From NCBI GenBank assembly GCA_965248055.1, contig CBDFIJ010000004.1, positions 384,001-448,000 on the forward strand: 64,000 nucleotides of DNA. The letters are read 5' to 3'. This document shows positions 50,710 to 60,731 of this stretch, one piece after another. Every line of letters begins with the position of its first letter. Positions within the stretch are counted from its first letter, which is position 1. Made by a program: the position numbers and the translations under genes. The notes beneath the pieces are model-generated. The model was not told where the DNA came from and searched no databases. It worked only from the letters and a program-made list of their open reading frames with translations. This DNA comes from Candidatus Multivoradales bacterium (GTDB lineage Bacteria; Acidobacteriota; Thermoanaerobaculia; Multivoradales; JAHEKO01).

Positions 50710-52374
50710 TGCCGCTAAGGCTGCTAACCGGGCTGCTGCAAATTCATCCCCAGCATTCCAGGTCGGATCTTCATCCGCCTCGGCGATATCCAGCCCAATC
50801 AAGAAACCCAACCGGGCGTCTTCGATCATGCCGTCGAAGACCCAATCGTCGACCAACTCATCACTGGGCTGGTGATAGTGGGTCTCGATCCAGGCGTCCA
50901 CCACCTCTTTGCCGTATCCCTCGGGTTGACCGAGGTACTCGGTTCCCGGGTCGAGGTAGAGCGCCGGAACGCCGACCTTGGCAAAGCTAAATTGGTCAGA
51001 ACGGTAGAAGTAGCCCTTGTCGGCGAACTGATCTGGTTTGACCGCCCGACCTTGGGCCTCAGCGTAGCGCTCGACCACTGCATCGAGCGAGGTCTTACCG
51101 TAACCGATATAGGTGATGTCGGAAGTACGACCCCAGATGTTGGCACCGTCAAAGTTCAAGTTGGCGGTCATCCTGGCGGTGGGAATCGGTGGATTTTGCG
51201 CCAGGAATTGCGACCCCAGTAACCCCTGTTCTTCTGCTGCAACAAAGGCAAACAAGATCGAGCGTCGTGGCGCCTCGGAAAGACCGGTGAAAGCCTTGGC
51301 CATCGCCAGCACTGCGGCGGTGCCGCTGGCGTTATCCAACGCACCGTTGTAGATGGTGTCACCGGCGTCATTCGGTTCGCCGACGCCCAAGTGATCGTGA
51401 TGGGCGGTGAACACCACTTGCTTGGCAGCCAATGCCTCATCACGACCCGGCATCAGACCCAGGACGTTGGCGGTTTGCACCGTGCGCACCTCATTGGTGA
51501 TCGCAACCGAGGTCTTAACTCCCAAGGACACCGGCTCGAAATCGATGCTGCGCGCCGACTCGACCAACTGGTCGAGGTCCACCCCAGCGAAGGTAAATAG
51601 CTCGCGTGCGGCATCCTCGGTCACCCAGCCTTTGACCGGCACCCGCGCCTCGCCGGTGGTTGGCAATTCAAACTGTTCGCCAGTCCAGCCAACCTGTACC
51701 ACCTGATATGGGTAGCCGGCGGATGGTGTGGTGTGGATGATGATGGCTCCAGCAGCTCCTACAGCCGCCGCTTGTTCGTACTTGTAGCTCCAGCGTCCGT
51801 AGTACAGCCTGGTCTCGCCGCCGAACAGATCCTCATCCCACTCAGGGTCATTGTTCATGATCACCGCCACCTTGCCGGTCATGTCGACGTCCTTGAAATC
51901 GTCCCAACCGTATTCGGGCGCTTGGATTCCATAGCCGACAAACACTAACTCGGCGTCTTCAATGGCAACCGACTCCTCCTGCAAACCGCCAACCAGCACC
52001 GTGTCGTCCCAAAACTTGAGCGCCAACTCGCCGTCATCGCCACGAACCGTCCAGGTCTCGGGGGCTGCCGAGGTAATACCGACGATGTCAAACTCCTGCA
52101 GCCAAGTTCCGCCAGCGCCACCGGGCTGCAAACCCAGAGCCTGCATCTGATCAACCAAGTAAGTCTGGGTCATCTGGTCGCCTTCACTCCCCGGTCCACG
52201 GCCCTGGTATGCATCGGAAGACAACTCGGCGATATGGCCGCGCATTGTATCCACGTCAATCGCCTCGGATGCGGCGTCAGCGACAGACAACAGGTCGATC
52301 GGTACAGGGGCAGCGCAGGCTCCGGCAAAAGCCGCCACGGTGACAAGGCCAAGTATGGTCATCGAATTTTTCAT
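50695..52374 (-). CDS. M28 family metallopeptidase lipoprotein with PA domain
   Basis: FAGAC lipobox; AHHDHLG, GALDNASG, AEEQGLLGS, RSDQ, YHQPSD. Confidence 0.9.
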   Translation of the reverse strand: MKNSMTILGLVTVAAFAGACAAPVPIDLLSVADAASEAIDVDTMRGHIAELSSDAYQGRGPGSEGDQMTQTYLVDQMQALGLQPGGAGGTWLQEFDIVGITSAAPETWTVRGDDGELALKFWDDTVLVGGLQEESVAIEDAELVFVGYGIQAPEYGWDDFKDVDMTGKVAVIMNNDPEWDEDLFGGETRLYYGRWSYKYEQAAAVGAAGAIIIHTTPSAGYPYQVVQVGWTGEQFELPTTGEARVPVKGWVTEDAARELFTFAGVDLDQLVESARSIDFEPVSLGVKTSVAITNEVRTVQTANVLGLMPGRDEALAAKQVVFTAHHDHLGVGEPNDAGDTIYNGALDNASGTAAVLAMAKAFTGLSEAPRRSILFAFVAAEEQGLLGSQFLAQNPPIPTARMTANLNFDGANIWGRTSDITYIGYGKTSLDAVVERYAEAQGRAVKPDQFADKGYFYRSDQFSFAKVGVPALYLDPGTEYLGQPEGYGKEVVDAWIETHYHQPSDELVDDWVFDGMIEDARLGFLIGLDIAEADEDPTWNAGDEFAAARLAALAALASE

Positions 52375-52619
52375 CGGTTTCTCCTGGTTTGCTGGAATTT
52401 TGAGACGGCGCACTGCTCCAGTCAGAGGTGCACCAGTCAGAGGTCGATTGTAAGGCAAATCACGCTAATTCTGCGCCCTTAGGTGGAATCACGCGATCAC
52501 TGTTGCGAGGAGTGCCGAGGATGAAAACGGAACCGAGAACCGTCAAAGAGCCGCTGGGCTGTACCGTCTTTACTATCACCGTCTTTCTTTCCATCAACAG
52601 GATCTTGCTACCATGCCCT

Positions 52620-53225
52620 ATGCCCTCTCGCTTGGAACAACAAATCGCCTTCATCCTGGAGATTGACCGACTCAAAACCGTGCTGCGGCAGACGGTCGTG
52701 GTTGACCAATCGCGCAGAGAAAATACCGCCGAGCACTCTTGGCATCTGGCGGTGATGGCGATGGTCTTGGCCGAGCACGCCAATCATCCGCCCGACATCC
52801 TCAAAGTCCTCAAGATGGTGCTAGTACACGATATCGTCGAAATCGACGCCGGCGACACCTTCGGCTATGACGACGCTGGCCACGACGACAAAGCCGAGCG
52901 CGAGCAACGGGCTGCCGACCGCTTGTTCTCTCTGCTGCCCGACGATCAAGCCAACGAACTGCGCGCGCTATGGGACGAGTTCGAAGCCCGCGAGACCTCA
53001 GACGCGCGTTTCGCCCTCGCTCTCGACCGACTAAACCCAATCCTGCTCAACCTGGCCACCGATGGGCACAGCTGGAAACGCCATGGCATCACCCGGGAAC
53101 GGGTGGTCGAGCGCAACGACCTGATGGCAGAAGGGTCCGAGGACCTGTGGAGTCATGTGTCGAAGCTATTGGATGAAGCTGAAATCAGCGGTTTATTCGA
53201 CCACCCAGCCAGCGGCCAAGCATGA
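52620..53225 (+). CDS. HD-domain phosphohydrolase (HD_3/YfbR-like)
   Basis: EIDRLK, RENTAEHSWH, VHDIVEIDAGD, LW.EFE, DRL.P. Confidence 0.9.
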   Translation: MPSRLEQQIAFILEIDRLKTVLRQTVVVDQSRRENTAEHSWHLAVMAMVLAEHANHPPDILKVLKMVLVHDIVEIDAGDTFGYDDAGHDDKAEREQRAADRLFSLLPDDQANELRALWDEFEARETSDARFALALDRLNPILLNLATDGHSWKRHGITRERVVERNDLMAEGSEDLWSHVSKLLDEAEISGLFDHPASGQA

Positions 53226-53244
53226 CCCCAGCGAGCTGTGAGTT

Positions 53245-53775
53245 ATGACCCCGGGGGCACTAGTCCTGATCGCCTCGCTGTATTTGGCCGTGGCGATTGT
53301 TGTTCTCGGCAAACGAAAGCTCCACTACAGCCACATTCAACACACCATCAGTGAACTCGCAGAGATCGGCTCACCCGTTCAACGGGTGACCGCGTATGGA
53401 GTGTTCCTTCCCGTCGGCTTGCTTCTGGCGCTGGTAGCCTACGAACTCCGCTTTTCCCATGGATCCCAAGCGATCCTCGCGGCTTGCATCGCCGCCGGCT
53501 ATCTTATCGCCGCGTTTTTCCCTTGCGACCCCGGATCACCTATCTCCGGCTCGCTGCGCCAGGCGATTCACAACCTTGGCGGCGCCGTTCAGTACGCCGG
53601 AGGAGCCCTCGCCCTGTTCAGAATCTCGGAGTCGCTGGGGGGGCCGTTTCAAATCGCCGGGCTGGTGGCCGGTATTGCGATGCTCTTACTGTCCTTTCCG
53701 CATCGCTACCGCGGCTTGGTGCAGCGCATTGCGGAGACTTGCCTGTTCGGAGGATTGTTGTTTTCTTTGTGGTAG
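53245..53775 (+). CDS. DUF998 membrane protein
   Basis: YSH..HTISEL, FPCDPG, IH, GLVQRI. Confidence 0.75.
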   Translation: MTPGALVLIASLYLAVAIVVLGKRKLHYSHIQHTISELAEIGSPVQRVTAYGVFLPVGLLLALVAYELRFSHGSQAILAACIAAGYLIAAFFPCDPGSPISGSLRQAIHNLGGAVQYAGGALALFRISESLGGPFQIAGLVAGIAMLLLSFPHRYRGLVQRIAETCLFGGLLFSLW

Positions 53776-53907
53776 ATCTCGCTGACACCGACAGAAAGTA
53801 GCGTGAGTACTAGCGCTCAAGCGTCAGTAATCGGAATGGCAAGTATGGGACCACACCTCTCGACGACGGTCCTGGATGTTGCTCAACAATCCCTCGCAGC
53901 AGCCCGA

Positions 53908-54939
53908 TTAGGGCCACGGATCTGGTAGCTGACCGTCTAGGGCCATTCGAAGCTCGCGATCAAAGGCTGGATCGCCTAATTCACTCTTGACGACAGCCGC
54001 AACCCTCTCAGCCTCCGCGTGTCGTTCATTCGCTGCCAGCAGAGCGACCACCACTACCGCGTCATTTCTGTATTTCTTGTTCAGGAAATCAAGAAGTTCC
54101 GGCCTGGAATCACCACTTGCACTAATCTGGCCGGTCCTATCGCGGAGTTCCTGCATCTCTGCAAGTTCCTGGTCAGGATCGATATAGTGGCCACACAACT
54201 CAAACATCCCTACCTTGACCAGAGACGGACGAGCGTAACGAAAGACTTGCCTTGCAACTTCTGAATTTTCTCGATGCAAAGCTTGGAAGACCTCGGCTGT
54301 TATCGACTCTTCGCCCAGTGCCCGGTTGATAGAGGACAGGTCGGAAAACGATTGTGGGACGCCATGTCCGTTCAGGGAATCCTGTTGCGCTTGGTCCCGG
54401 ATGGCGGAAAGTTCAGCCGCTGCGCGCGGATAAACCTTGCCGAGATTGAGCCAATCAGTGAGTGCAAAGGACACACGAACTCCACCCATAGAACGGTCAT
54501 AGCTAAGCGCGTTTTGGTGGAACCAAACGTGCTTTGCTAGGGCCTCTCGATACCTCCCGTTCCTCGCATCGTCCCCTGCTTGGTCGAGGATTGCGGCCGG
54601 ACTGGGGTTCTCCGGTGGTATCCACTCTGTTGTAGGCTGCTTGCACCCAGCAGCTGAAGTCGTGGGATCTGAGCATTGGCAGTAAGGCACAAAACCTGGG
54701 GTGCAGGTCACCGAGGCACTGATCCCGCCACCTGAAGAACCGTTGTTAGATCCGTGAGGTGTGTTTTCCAAACAATGAACTGAACACGAATTCGGCTCCA
54801 GGTTCCGTTCCGGATTGCTGACCACAGTTGCACGATCTGTAGCGCACGAGAGCCCAACGACTGCAAACAAGATCCCCCAACAAACTCCAACCCAGAGCCT
54901 GGGCGCATTAGGTTCGCTGTGGTCCCGCATGACTGGCAC
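53908..54939 (-). CDS. Hypothetical lipoprotein with Cys-rich and helical domains
   Basis: VGLSC lipobox, a six-Cys segment, then a TPR-like helical region. Confidence 0.6.
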   Translation of the reverse strand: MPVMRDHSEPNAPRLWVGVCWGILFAVVGLSCATDRATVVSNPERNLEPNSCSVHCLENTPHGSNNGSSGGGISASVTCTPGFVPYCQCSDPTTSAAGCKQPTTEWIPPENPSPAAILDQAGDDARNGRYREALAKHVWFHQNALSYDRSMGGVRVSFALTDWLNLGKVYPRAAAELSAIRDQAQQDSLNGHGVPQSFSDLSSINRALGEESITAEVFQALHRENSEVARQVFRYARPSLVKVGMFELCGHYIDPDQELAEMQELRDRTGQISASGDSRPELLDFLNKKYRNDAVVVVALLAANERHAEAERVAAVVKSELGDPAFDRELRMALDGQLPDPWP

Positions 54940-55020
54940 TCCTTGTCTCCGCGGCTGGAGTTTATCGCACTAGGAATAGAAATCCTTCGCCGAGCCCCGA
55001 GCGCACGCTCCGTATGAAGC

Positions 55021-55050
55021 AAAAAAAAGGGGGGCTTTCGCCCCCCTTTC
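55021..55050 (-). terminator. Rho-independent terminator of the TonB receptor gene
   Basis: Minus strand AAAGGGGGGCGAAAGCCCCCC followed by T8; GAAA tetraloop. Confidence 0.85.
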
Positions 55051-55074
55051 ATACTCGCTATTGAACGAAATTAG

Positions 55075-58032
55075 TTAGAAGCTGAACCGAACACCCAAGC
55101 GGACGTTACGGAAGTCCTGCCAATCGGCTGGCGTGTTGAACGCAGCGTTGGTTGGCGGACGAGTCGCATCTCCGGGGGTGATCGGAGGAATCTCGGCACC
55201 GGTCTCAGGAACCACCACCGTGTAGACCTCACTGGAGGCGGTGTAGCGGTTGATCCGACCGAGTTCGCCCTGACGATCCAGCAGGTTGAACACCTCGGCG
55301 ATCAAGGTGACCTCCGAGCCATTGTTCAAAGCGAATGGATAGGCGAAGCTAAGATCCACTTCATACTCGGCATCGGAACGACCGAAGGCACCCCGCTCTG
55401 AGAGGTAGAACTCCCAGTTGGAGTAGGCATCCGAGTAGCCCATGGCGGTAATCGGCGTACCATCGCGATAGTAGGCAGAAGCACCAATCGTGAGGCCGTT
55501 TTCGAAGTTGTAGGTACCGTCGAACTTGGCCTGGAAAGGCCGATCGTTCGAAAGTTTCCCGGTGTTGTTGACCGAGAAGTCGAAGTAGTCGAACGCCGAA
55601 TTCAGATTCGGATCCAGCTGACCGGTGGACGCTTGGAACAATCCGTCATAGGAGCCCTCAAGCTCGGAAAAGAGCAACGAGCTGATGAACTGGAAGTTCT
55701 TGGTCGGGCGCTTGGTCAGAGTGACTTCGTAGCCGGTGAACTCGCGGGTGGGAACCGGAACCGGGTGCAACACATCGTTGTAGCCAAAGGCGCCGGCAAT
55801 GTCGAAGTTACCGGTCATCAGGCCACGACCTGGGTTGCCGATGAAGTAGTCACCGTCGGCGGTCAAAGCATCTTCCATGATGTTCTTGAGATCACGGTTG
55901 ATGTATTTAACACCGACAGCCATACCCTTGCTGATCTCATATTCACCACCGAGGACGATCTCCTCGATGTGCTGGCTTTCGGTGCCCGGGTCGACCAACG
56001 AGAAACCGCCGCCAAGAGCGGTCGAACCACGACGCACCGCGGTATCACCCGCGATGTCGGCTGGGTTATCCGAGAAGTTGTAGGCAAACACCGTGATCTC
56101 GCCACCGTAGGAGCGGATGACAATGTCCATCGGAATGGTCTCGTAGAACTTGCCGTAGTGGGCATAGACCTTTGAGCGGCCATTTTTCAACGGATCCCAA
56201 ACTAGGCCAAGCCGCGGGGCGGTACCGTCGTCCAACTTCTGTTGCACTTCACCGTCGGCGTTGAACAAGCTCTGGGTATCGTGACGAACGCCCAAATTCA
56301 GGGTCAAGTTGTCAGCGAGTCTCCAGGTATCTTGGACAAAGAAGGCGTCGTCCTCTGCCTTGGTCTTGACCACCAACGGATCGTTGATGTCAGCCGGCGT
56401 CGCGGTCAAAGGATCGACCGCGTCCGAGGTCACGAAATAGCGATGACGGTAGTAGTAGTCCTGCTCTGGATTGTCGGGGCAGCGGGAGGCACTACAGTTG
56501 AAGCGATAGATCCGCTGTCCACCTGAATTGCGGCCCGCATTGTCGACCGAAATCTCTTCGGTTTCGGCGCCGAACTTGAACTCATGGTCGCCACCAAAGT
56601 CGCTGAGGAACCAGGTCAAGTCAGCACGAATCTGCTCACGACCAAATTTCTGATCCGAGAAGTTTCCGAAACCAGACGAATTGGGAGCTCCTTCCCAACC
56701 CCAAGTTGTGGTGCCGTCACCCAAGGGGTCGGTATTGTCGATGAAGCCCACGAGTTCAGCACCGTCGCCAGAGAAGAAAGACTCTTCCTGGTGGTCGGAG
56801 AGCCGACCCGAGATCAAAACCGTGTCGCTCAGCACCGCGTCATAGTTAAAGGCGAAATCAGGAGCGCCGGTCTCATTGATACCTTCAAAGTGGCTACGCG
56901 GAGCGGCCAAATCGGAACGATTGGCGAAAGCGGCCAAACGACCGGACTGGGTTGAGGAATCATCAAAGAACGAACCCGACAAAGTGTGGGTTGGGTTCAT
57001 TTTCCAAGTCAGCTTGGCGGCAACCAAATCCCGCTCGGTATTGGTGGCAAACTCATCACGAAAACCAGGGGCATTGGGAACAAACGCGGCGAAATTCTCG
57101 ATCGACTCACTGAAAGTGTCGTTGTCGACACGATTGTAGGCCGCGAAATACCACAGCTTGTCCTTGCTGATCGCGCCACCGATATCGAAGCCATAGTCAC
57201 TATCGGTGAAACCGGTGTCGACGGCGGTACCATCAATCTGGCCACCGTTGGCTTCGTCAGCCAGGCTCGACTGAATCGGGTCGTTGTTGTAGAGAAACAC
57301 GTCACCGGTCAGTTCGTTGCCACCGGACTTGGTGACCACGTTGATAATGCCACCGGTGTTGCGGCCATATTCGGCGCCGTATCCAGCGGTTTTGACCTGT
57401 ACTTCTTGGATGAACTCAAAGTTGAGTTGCTTGCCCTGTTGACCGAGCTCAACACCGGTAGTGTTGACACCATCGATGTAGTATGCGTTCTCTGCGCCGG
57501 TCGAACCATAAAAGGTAGCACCCGAAGCGTCTGCTTGGGCTCCCGGGGCAACCTGTGCCGCACTCGCGTAGTTGCGACCGGTGGGCAGATCCTGGAAGAA
57601 GTCCTGAGAAAGGTTGACCCCGGACTCGGTGCTCGCGGTGTTGATCAGCGCACGGTCCGAGCCGGTAACCACTACGGTGTCGGTGAACGAAGAACTCATG
57701 GTCACCGCCAGCGGCAGCTTGCTGGAAATTCCAACTCTCAAGTCCTCCTGAACAACGTCCTGGAAACCATCCAGCGAAAAGGTGACCTGGTAGGCACCAG
57801 GAGGCAATGCAACCAGTCGGAACTGGCCGTTGCCGTCGGCCGCCGCGACCTTCTGGCCCTGCATGGTAGGCGAAGTTGCAGTGGCAGTCACACCTGGTAG
57901 TGCTGTGCCGTTTTCGTCCACCACCCGGCCCTCAATGGAGCCAGTAGCGGACTGCGCAAAGGTGACTGTTGGGACCAATAGTAGAGCCGCTGCGAGCAGC
58001 GCCCAACCAAGTGATCGACTATTTCTCATCAA
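55075..58032 (-). CDS. TonB-dependent receptor, Oar-like, with carboxypeptidase-regulatory N-domain
   Basis: Signal peptide, G.IEGRVVD...LPGVT, AEYGRNTGG.INVVTKSG, FVQDTW, PRLG..WD, terminal RFSF. Confidence 0.9.
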   Translation of the reverse strand: MMRNSRSLGWALLAAALLLVPTVTFAQSATGSIEGRVVDENGTALPGVTATATSPTMQGQKVAAADGNGQFRLVALPPGAYQVTFSLDGFQDVVQEDLRVGISSKLPLAVTMSSSFTDTVVVTGSDRALINTASTESGVNLSQDFFQDLPTGRNYASAAQVAPGAQADASGATFYGSTGAENAYYIDGVNTTGVELGQQGKQLNFEFIQEVQVKTAGYGAEYGRNTGGIINVVTKSGGNELTGDVFLYNNDPIQSSLADEANGGQIDGTAVDTGFTDSDYGFDIGGAISKDKLWYFAAYNRVDNDTFSESIENFAAFVPNAPGFRDEFATNTERDLVAAKLTWKMNPTHTLSGSFFDDSSTQSGRLAAFANRSDLAAPRSHFEGINETGAPDFAFNYDAVLSDTVLISGRLSDHQEESFFSGDGAELVGFIDNTDPLGDGTTTWGWEGAPNSSGFGNFSDQKFGREQIRADLTWFLSDFGGDHEFKFGAETEEISVDNAGRNSGGQRIYRFNCSASRCPDNPEQDYYYRHRYFVTSDAVDPLTATPADINDPLVVKTKAEDDAFFVQDTWRLADNLTLNLGVRHDTQSLFNADGEVQQKLDDGTAPRLGLVWDPLKNGRSKVYAHYGKFYETIPMDIVIRSYGGEITVFAYNFSDNPADIAGDTAVRRGSTALGGGFSLVDPGTESQHIEEIVLGGEYEISKGMAVGVKYINRDLKNIMEDALTADGDYFIGNPGRGLMTGNFDIAGAFGYNDVLHPVPVPTREFTGYEVTLTKRPTKNFQFISSLLFSELEGSYDGLFQASTGQLDPNLNSAFDYFDFSVNNTGKLSNDRPFQAKFDGTYNFENGLTIGASAYYRDGTPITAMGYSDAYSNWEFYLSERGAFGRSDAEYEVDLSFAYPFALNNGSEVTLIAEVFNLLDRQGELGRINRYTASSEVYTVVVPETGAEIPPITPGDATRPPTNAAFNTPADWQDFRNVRLGVRFSF

Positions 58033-58451
58033 TTGATTCCTCCGGTTTCGTATTTTTGTCTTGGTTGGCTCCTACGCGAGAAATCCCACGAAATGCCAAC
58101 CGCGTCTTACTGTCTCTTGATGCTGCATTTATCAGCATTCATGGCGCATAAATGTGCAAGGGGTGTTCCCGAGAAACGCAAGAAAATACTTCACAATAAT
58201 GAGTAGTACAAGCATGCATGGGTGAGCACGTCCGGCACACCGGAGAGCGGAAAACCGGGAAAAATACCCGCTTTGAGGACCATAGATTATGAACAGAAAC
58301 AGCAAACTTCGAGCGCTGTCAAACGCCATCACGCCCCTACTTCAACGCATTGGATCAAAGATTCGGGCGCTTGAAACCAGACCGAAATCAAGGCCGCCAC
58401 AAACCCAGCCTGAGCCGGTTTTCAAGCCCTCGCTGTGGTGTGCTTCCCTAT

Positions 58452-58922
58452 CTAAAGCGAGGGTTTTCGGTGGAGTACGGCGGTGAGGTGAATCTGCATC
58501 TCCGGCTGGTCGGTCGTTGTGGTTGCCATTTCCACCGAATAGTTCATGCAGTCCCCTTGAATCTCAAAGATTCGGCGACTCTCGACCATCGCTGGGTCGT
58601 TACCTAAGTGCGTGCTCGATACGGTCAAGCGAGTGACGCCGTGATCCGCCACCAATTCTCCTTGCAGAACCTCGACCCGGCCGCCACTTTGGGCGTTAGA
58701 GATTTGGATCATGCCATTGTCCAGGGGTTGGACAAACCCTGACTCCCAATGGCTTGGCCGTTGGGGATCGACGATCGTCGTGCGCTGCTCGTAGTGAAGC
58801 AGCGAGCGCTTCGCGTCGAGCTCGAAACGCAACGTTTCCTGATAGTCAAACGGCTCAATGGTCGGATACTCGCCGTGCCCGGTTCCTTCCCAGCGGCCGA
58901 CAAACGCCTCTAGATCAATCAT
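58452..58922 (-). CDS. Nitrobindin / FABP-like (DUF1794) heme beta-barrel
   Basis: GRWEGTG.G.YPTI, HWESGF, C-terminal HL.A.L. Confidence 0.85.
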   Translation of the reverse strand: MIDLEAFVGRWEGTGHGEYPTIEPFDYQETLRFELDAKRSLLHYEQRTTIVDPQRPSHWESGFVQPLDNGMIQISNAQSGGRVEVLQGELVADHGVTRLTVSSTHLGNDPAMVESRRIFEIQGDCMNYSVEMATTTTDQPEMQIHLTAVLHRKPSL

Positions 58923-58979
58923 TGGGGTTTCCTTCCTGTTCTTGAGGCTTCAGCGCCCGCAGGAGAAGCCGCCGGAAAG

Positions 58980-59345
58980 TCATATTTCTCGATAGACCGC
59001 AACCGTTCTCTCGTGAACGAGGTCACCGGTATGGGCAACCGTGTCTTTTTCGAACAACAAGACATGCACAGTCTCGTCATCGAGCGTCTTCGGGCAATGC
59101 TCGACCCCCTTGGGAACCACGATCATCTCACCCTCGCCAACAATTTCGGTCCGGTCGCGAAACTGCATGTGCAAGGCCCCCTTGACCACCAGGAAAAGCT
59201 CATCTTCGTCTCGATGAGAGTGCCAGACGAACTCGCCCTGAAGTTTGGCCAGGATCACCATACTATCGTCGACCTGGGCGATTTTGCGCGGATGCCAAGT
59301 GTCTTCGAATTGGGAGAACTTCTGTTTGAGGTTGATCACTTTCAT
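58980..59345 (-). CDS. Cupin domain protein
   Basis: GEFVWHSH..EDELF, VPKGVEHCP. Confidence 0.9.
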   Translation of the reverse strand: MKVINLKQKFSQFEDTWHPRKIAQVDDSMVILAKLQGEFVWHSHRDEDELFLVVKGALHMQFRDRTEIVGEGEMIVVPKGVEHCPKTLDDETVHVLLFEKDTVAHTGDLVHERTVAVYREI

Positions 59346-59348
59346 CGG

Positions 59349-60422
59349 CTACTCCGTGTCTAAGTTTCCTTTTGCGCGACACCTACCTCGGAACAATATC
59401 CCCGCCTCATAGAGAGTCGTCACGTCGGTGCCCCTCTTCACCCCGCTCGGTCGACTCACCGCGTCCGCCGCAATTGCGATCGCCAACCCGAGAAGGACGA
59501 CCACCCCGCCGACCAGTTCCTGACCGACTATGGAAAAGACAAAGACCTGCACCAACACTACAGTGAGAACGAACTTACCGATCAGAGTGAGAGGTGGGTT
59601 GAGTAATACCGTTAAGCCAACCGTCGAGGCTGGCAGGTGCTGCAACAACCAAGTCCAAATAGTAAACCCCAACACGGTGCAAAGGATACTGAGGTACAAA
59701 ACCGCGAGCCACCCGGTAGCGTCCAGCGCAGCCAGCTCTTCGGTCACCTGGGGAAGAAACGGCAGCATCAAGATGCTGCCGGTCAAGATGCCCGCGTAGC
59801 TCCAAACCAAAGAAGACAATGCTGGTTCGTCAGGGGCTGAAGGCCTCGTTAGATGCTTCGAGAGCACGGTATAGATCGACCACGAAACCGGAGCGAGCAT
59901 CGCCAGGCCAACGACACGGGGATAGACAGAACCACTCCCGCCGCGCGCCAGCGCAATCACCATCACGCCGCAAAAGCCGACACTAATACCCAGCCATTTC
60001 CTCTTGGCAATTCTCTCCTTGAGGAAAAAGTAGGACAGCAAGGCGACCACCAAAGGGACCAAGGTCGTGATCACTGAAAAGCCACCGACGGCGGAAGACC
60101 TCTCTCTTGAGCGCTGTACAAGCTGAGGTTGTAACCAGGAACAACCAGTACTCCACAAAGCAAGAGTGCTGCAGGATGCCGACGGATCATCGCTAGCAGT
60201 TGGCGAAATCGGCGCAACAACAATGTAGCCAGCGATCGGCAGGGAGGCCGTGCCCATACGGGCGATCGTCAGCCCCAGGGGGGACATCCTCGCCATTTCG
60301 CGTTCGTTCCCGAGCAGGTAACTCATGGCGAGGAAACTGGTGCTCCAGATCACGAACAGCGCCACCGTGGCAAAGATCAGAAAACCTCGCGAAGGCTCAG
60401 CGAGTGTGCCCTTCAGAGACAT
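59349..60422 (-). CDS. DMT/EamA transporter with an internal compensated double frameshift
   Basis: IWSTSF, LKERI, SWSIYTV.SK, YLSILCT; about 47 internal codons read sensibly only in another frame; start uncertain. Confidence 0.75.
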   Translation of the reverse strand: MSLKGTLAEPSRGFLIFATVALFVIWSTSFLAMSYLLGNEREMARMSPLGLTIARMGTASLPIAGYIVVAPISPTASDDPSASCSTLALWSTGCSWLQPQLVQRSRERSSAVGGFSVITTLVPLVVALLSYFFLKERIAKRKWLGISVGFCGVMVIALARGGSGSVYPRVVGLAMLAPVSWSIYTVLSKHLTRPSAPDEPALSSLVWSYAGILTGSILMLPFLPQVTEELAALDATGWLAVLYLSILCTVLGFTIWTWLLQHLPASTVGLTVLLNPPLTLIGKFVLTVVLVQVFVFSIVGQELVGGVVVLLGLAIAIAADAVSRPSGVKRGTDVTTLYEAGILFRGRCRAKGNLDTE

Positions 60423-60731
60423 CGGCACTCCATCGAGATCCCAGCTGACTTCAATTTTGACGCTGTCGAAATACCGGTCATCGTTGGCAGGGACTCCCCC
60501 AGAGATCTCACGGGCAACCATAGCTGGCTACCCGCAGTTTGGCCGAGGAACGATGACCCAAAAACCATGGGCGCCACCCTGCCACTTTCGCAGCTTTGGG
60601 AAAGACGCTTTCATCCGTTGGGTTGATTGCGTATTGTGACTCATTACCATAGCTTGATACTTGGAGTGCCTCTCGCACCGAGGTCCACCATCGACGGTAT
60701 TACTTGGGATCGAACTCGGAACGGACAGCAG

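Noticed and set aside
56986-57900. 304-aa ORF antisense to the TonB receptor, and similar shadow ORFs throughout
   Set aside because: Fully overlap well-supported genes; expected from GC-rich codon bias.
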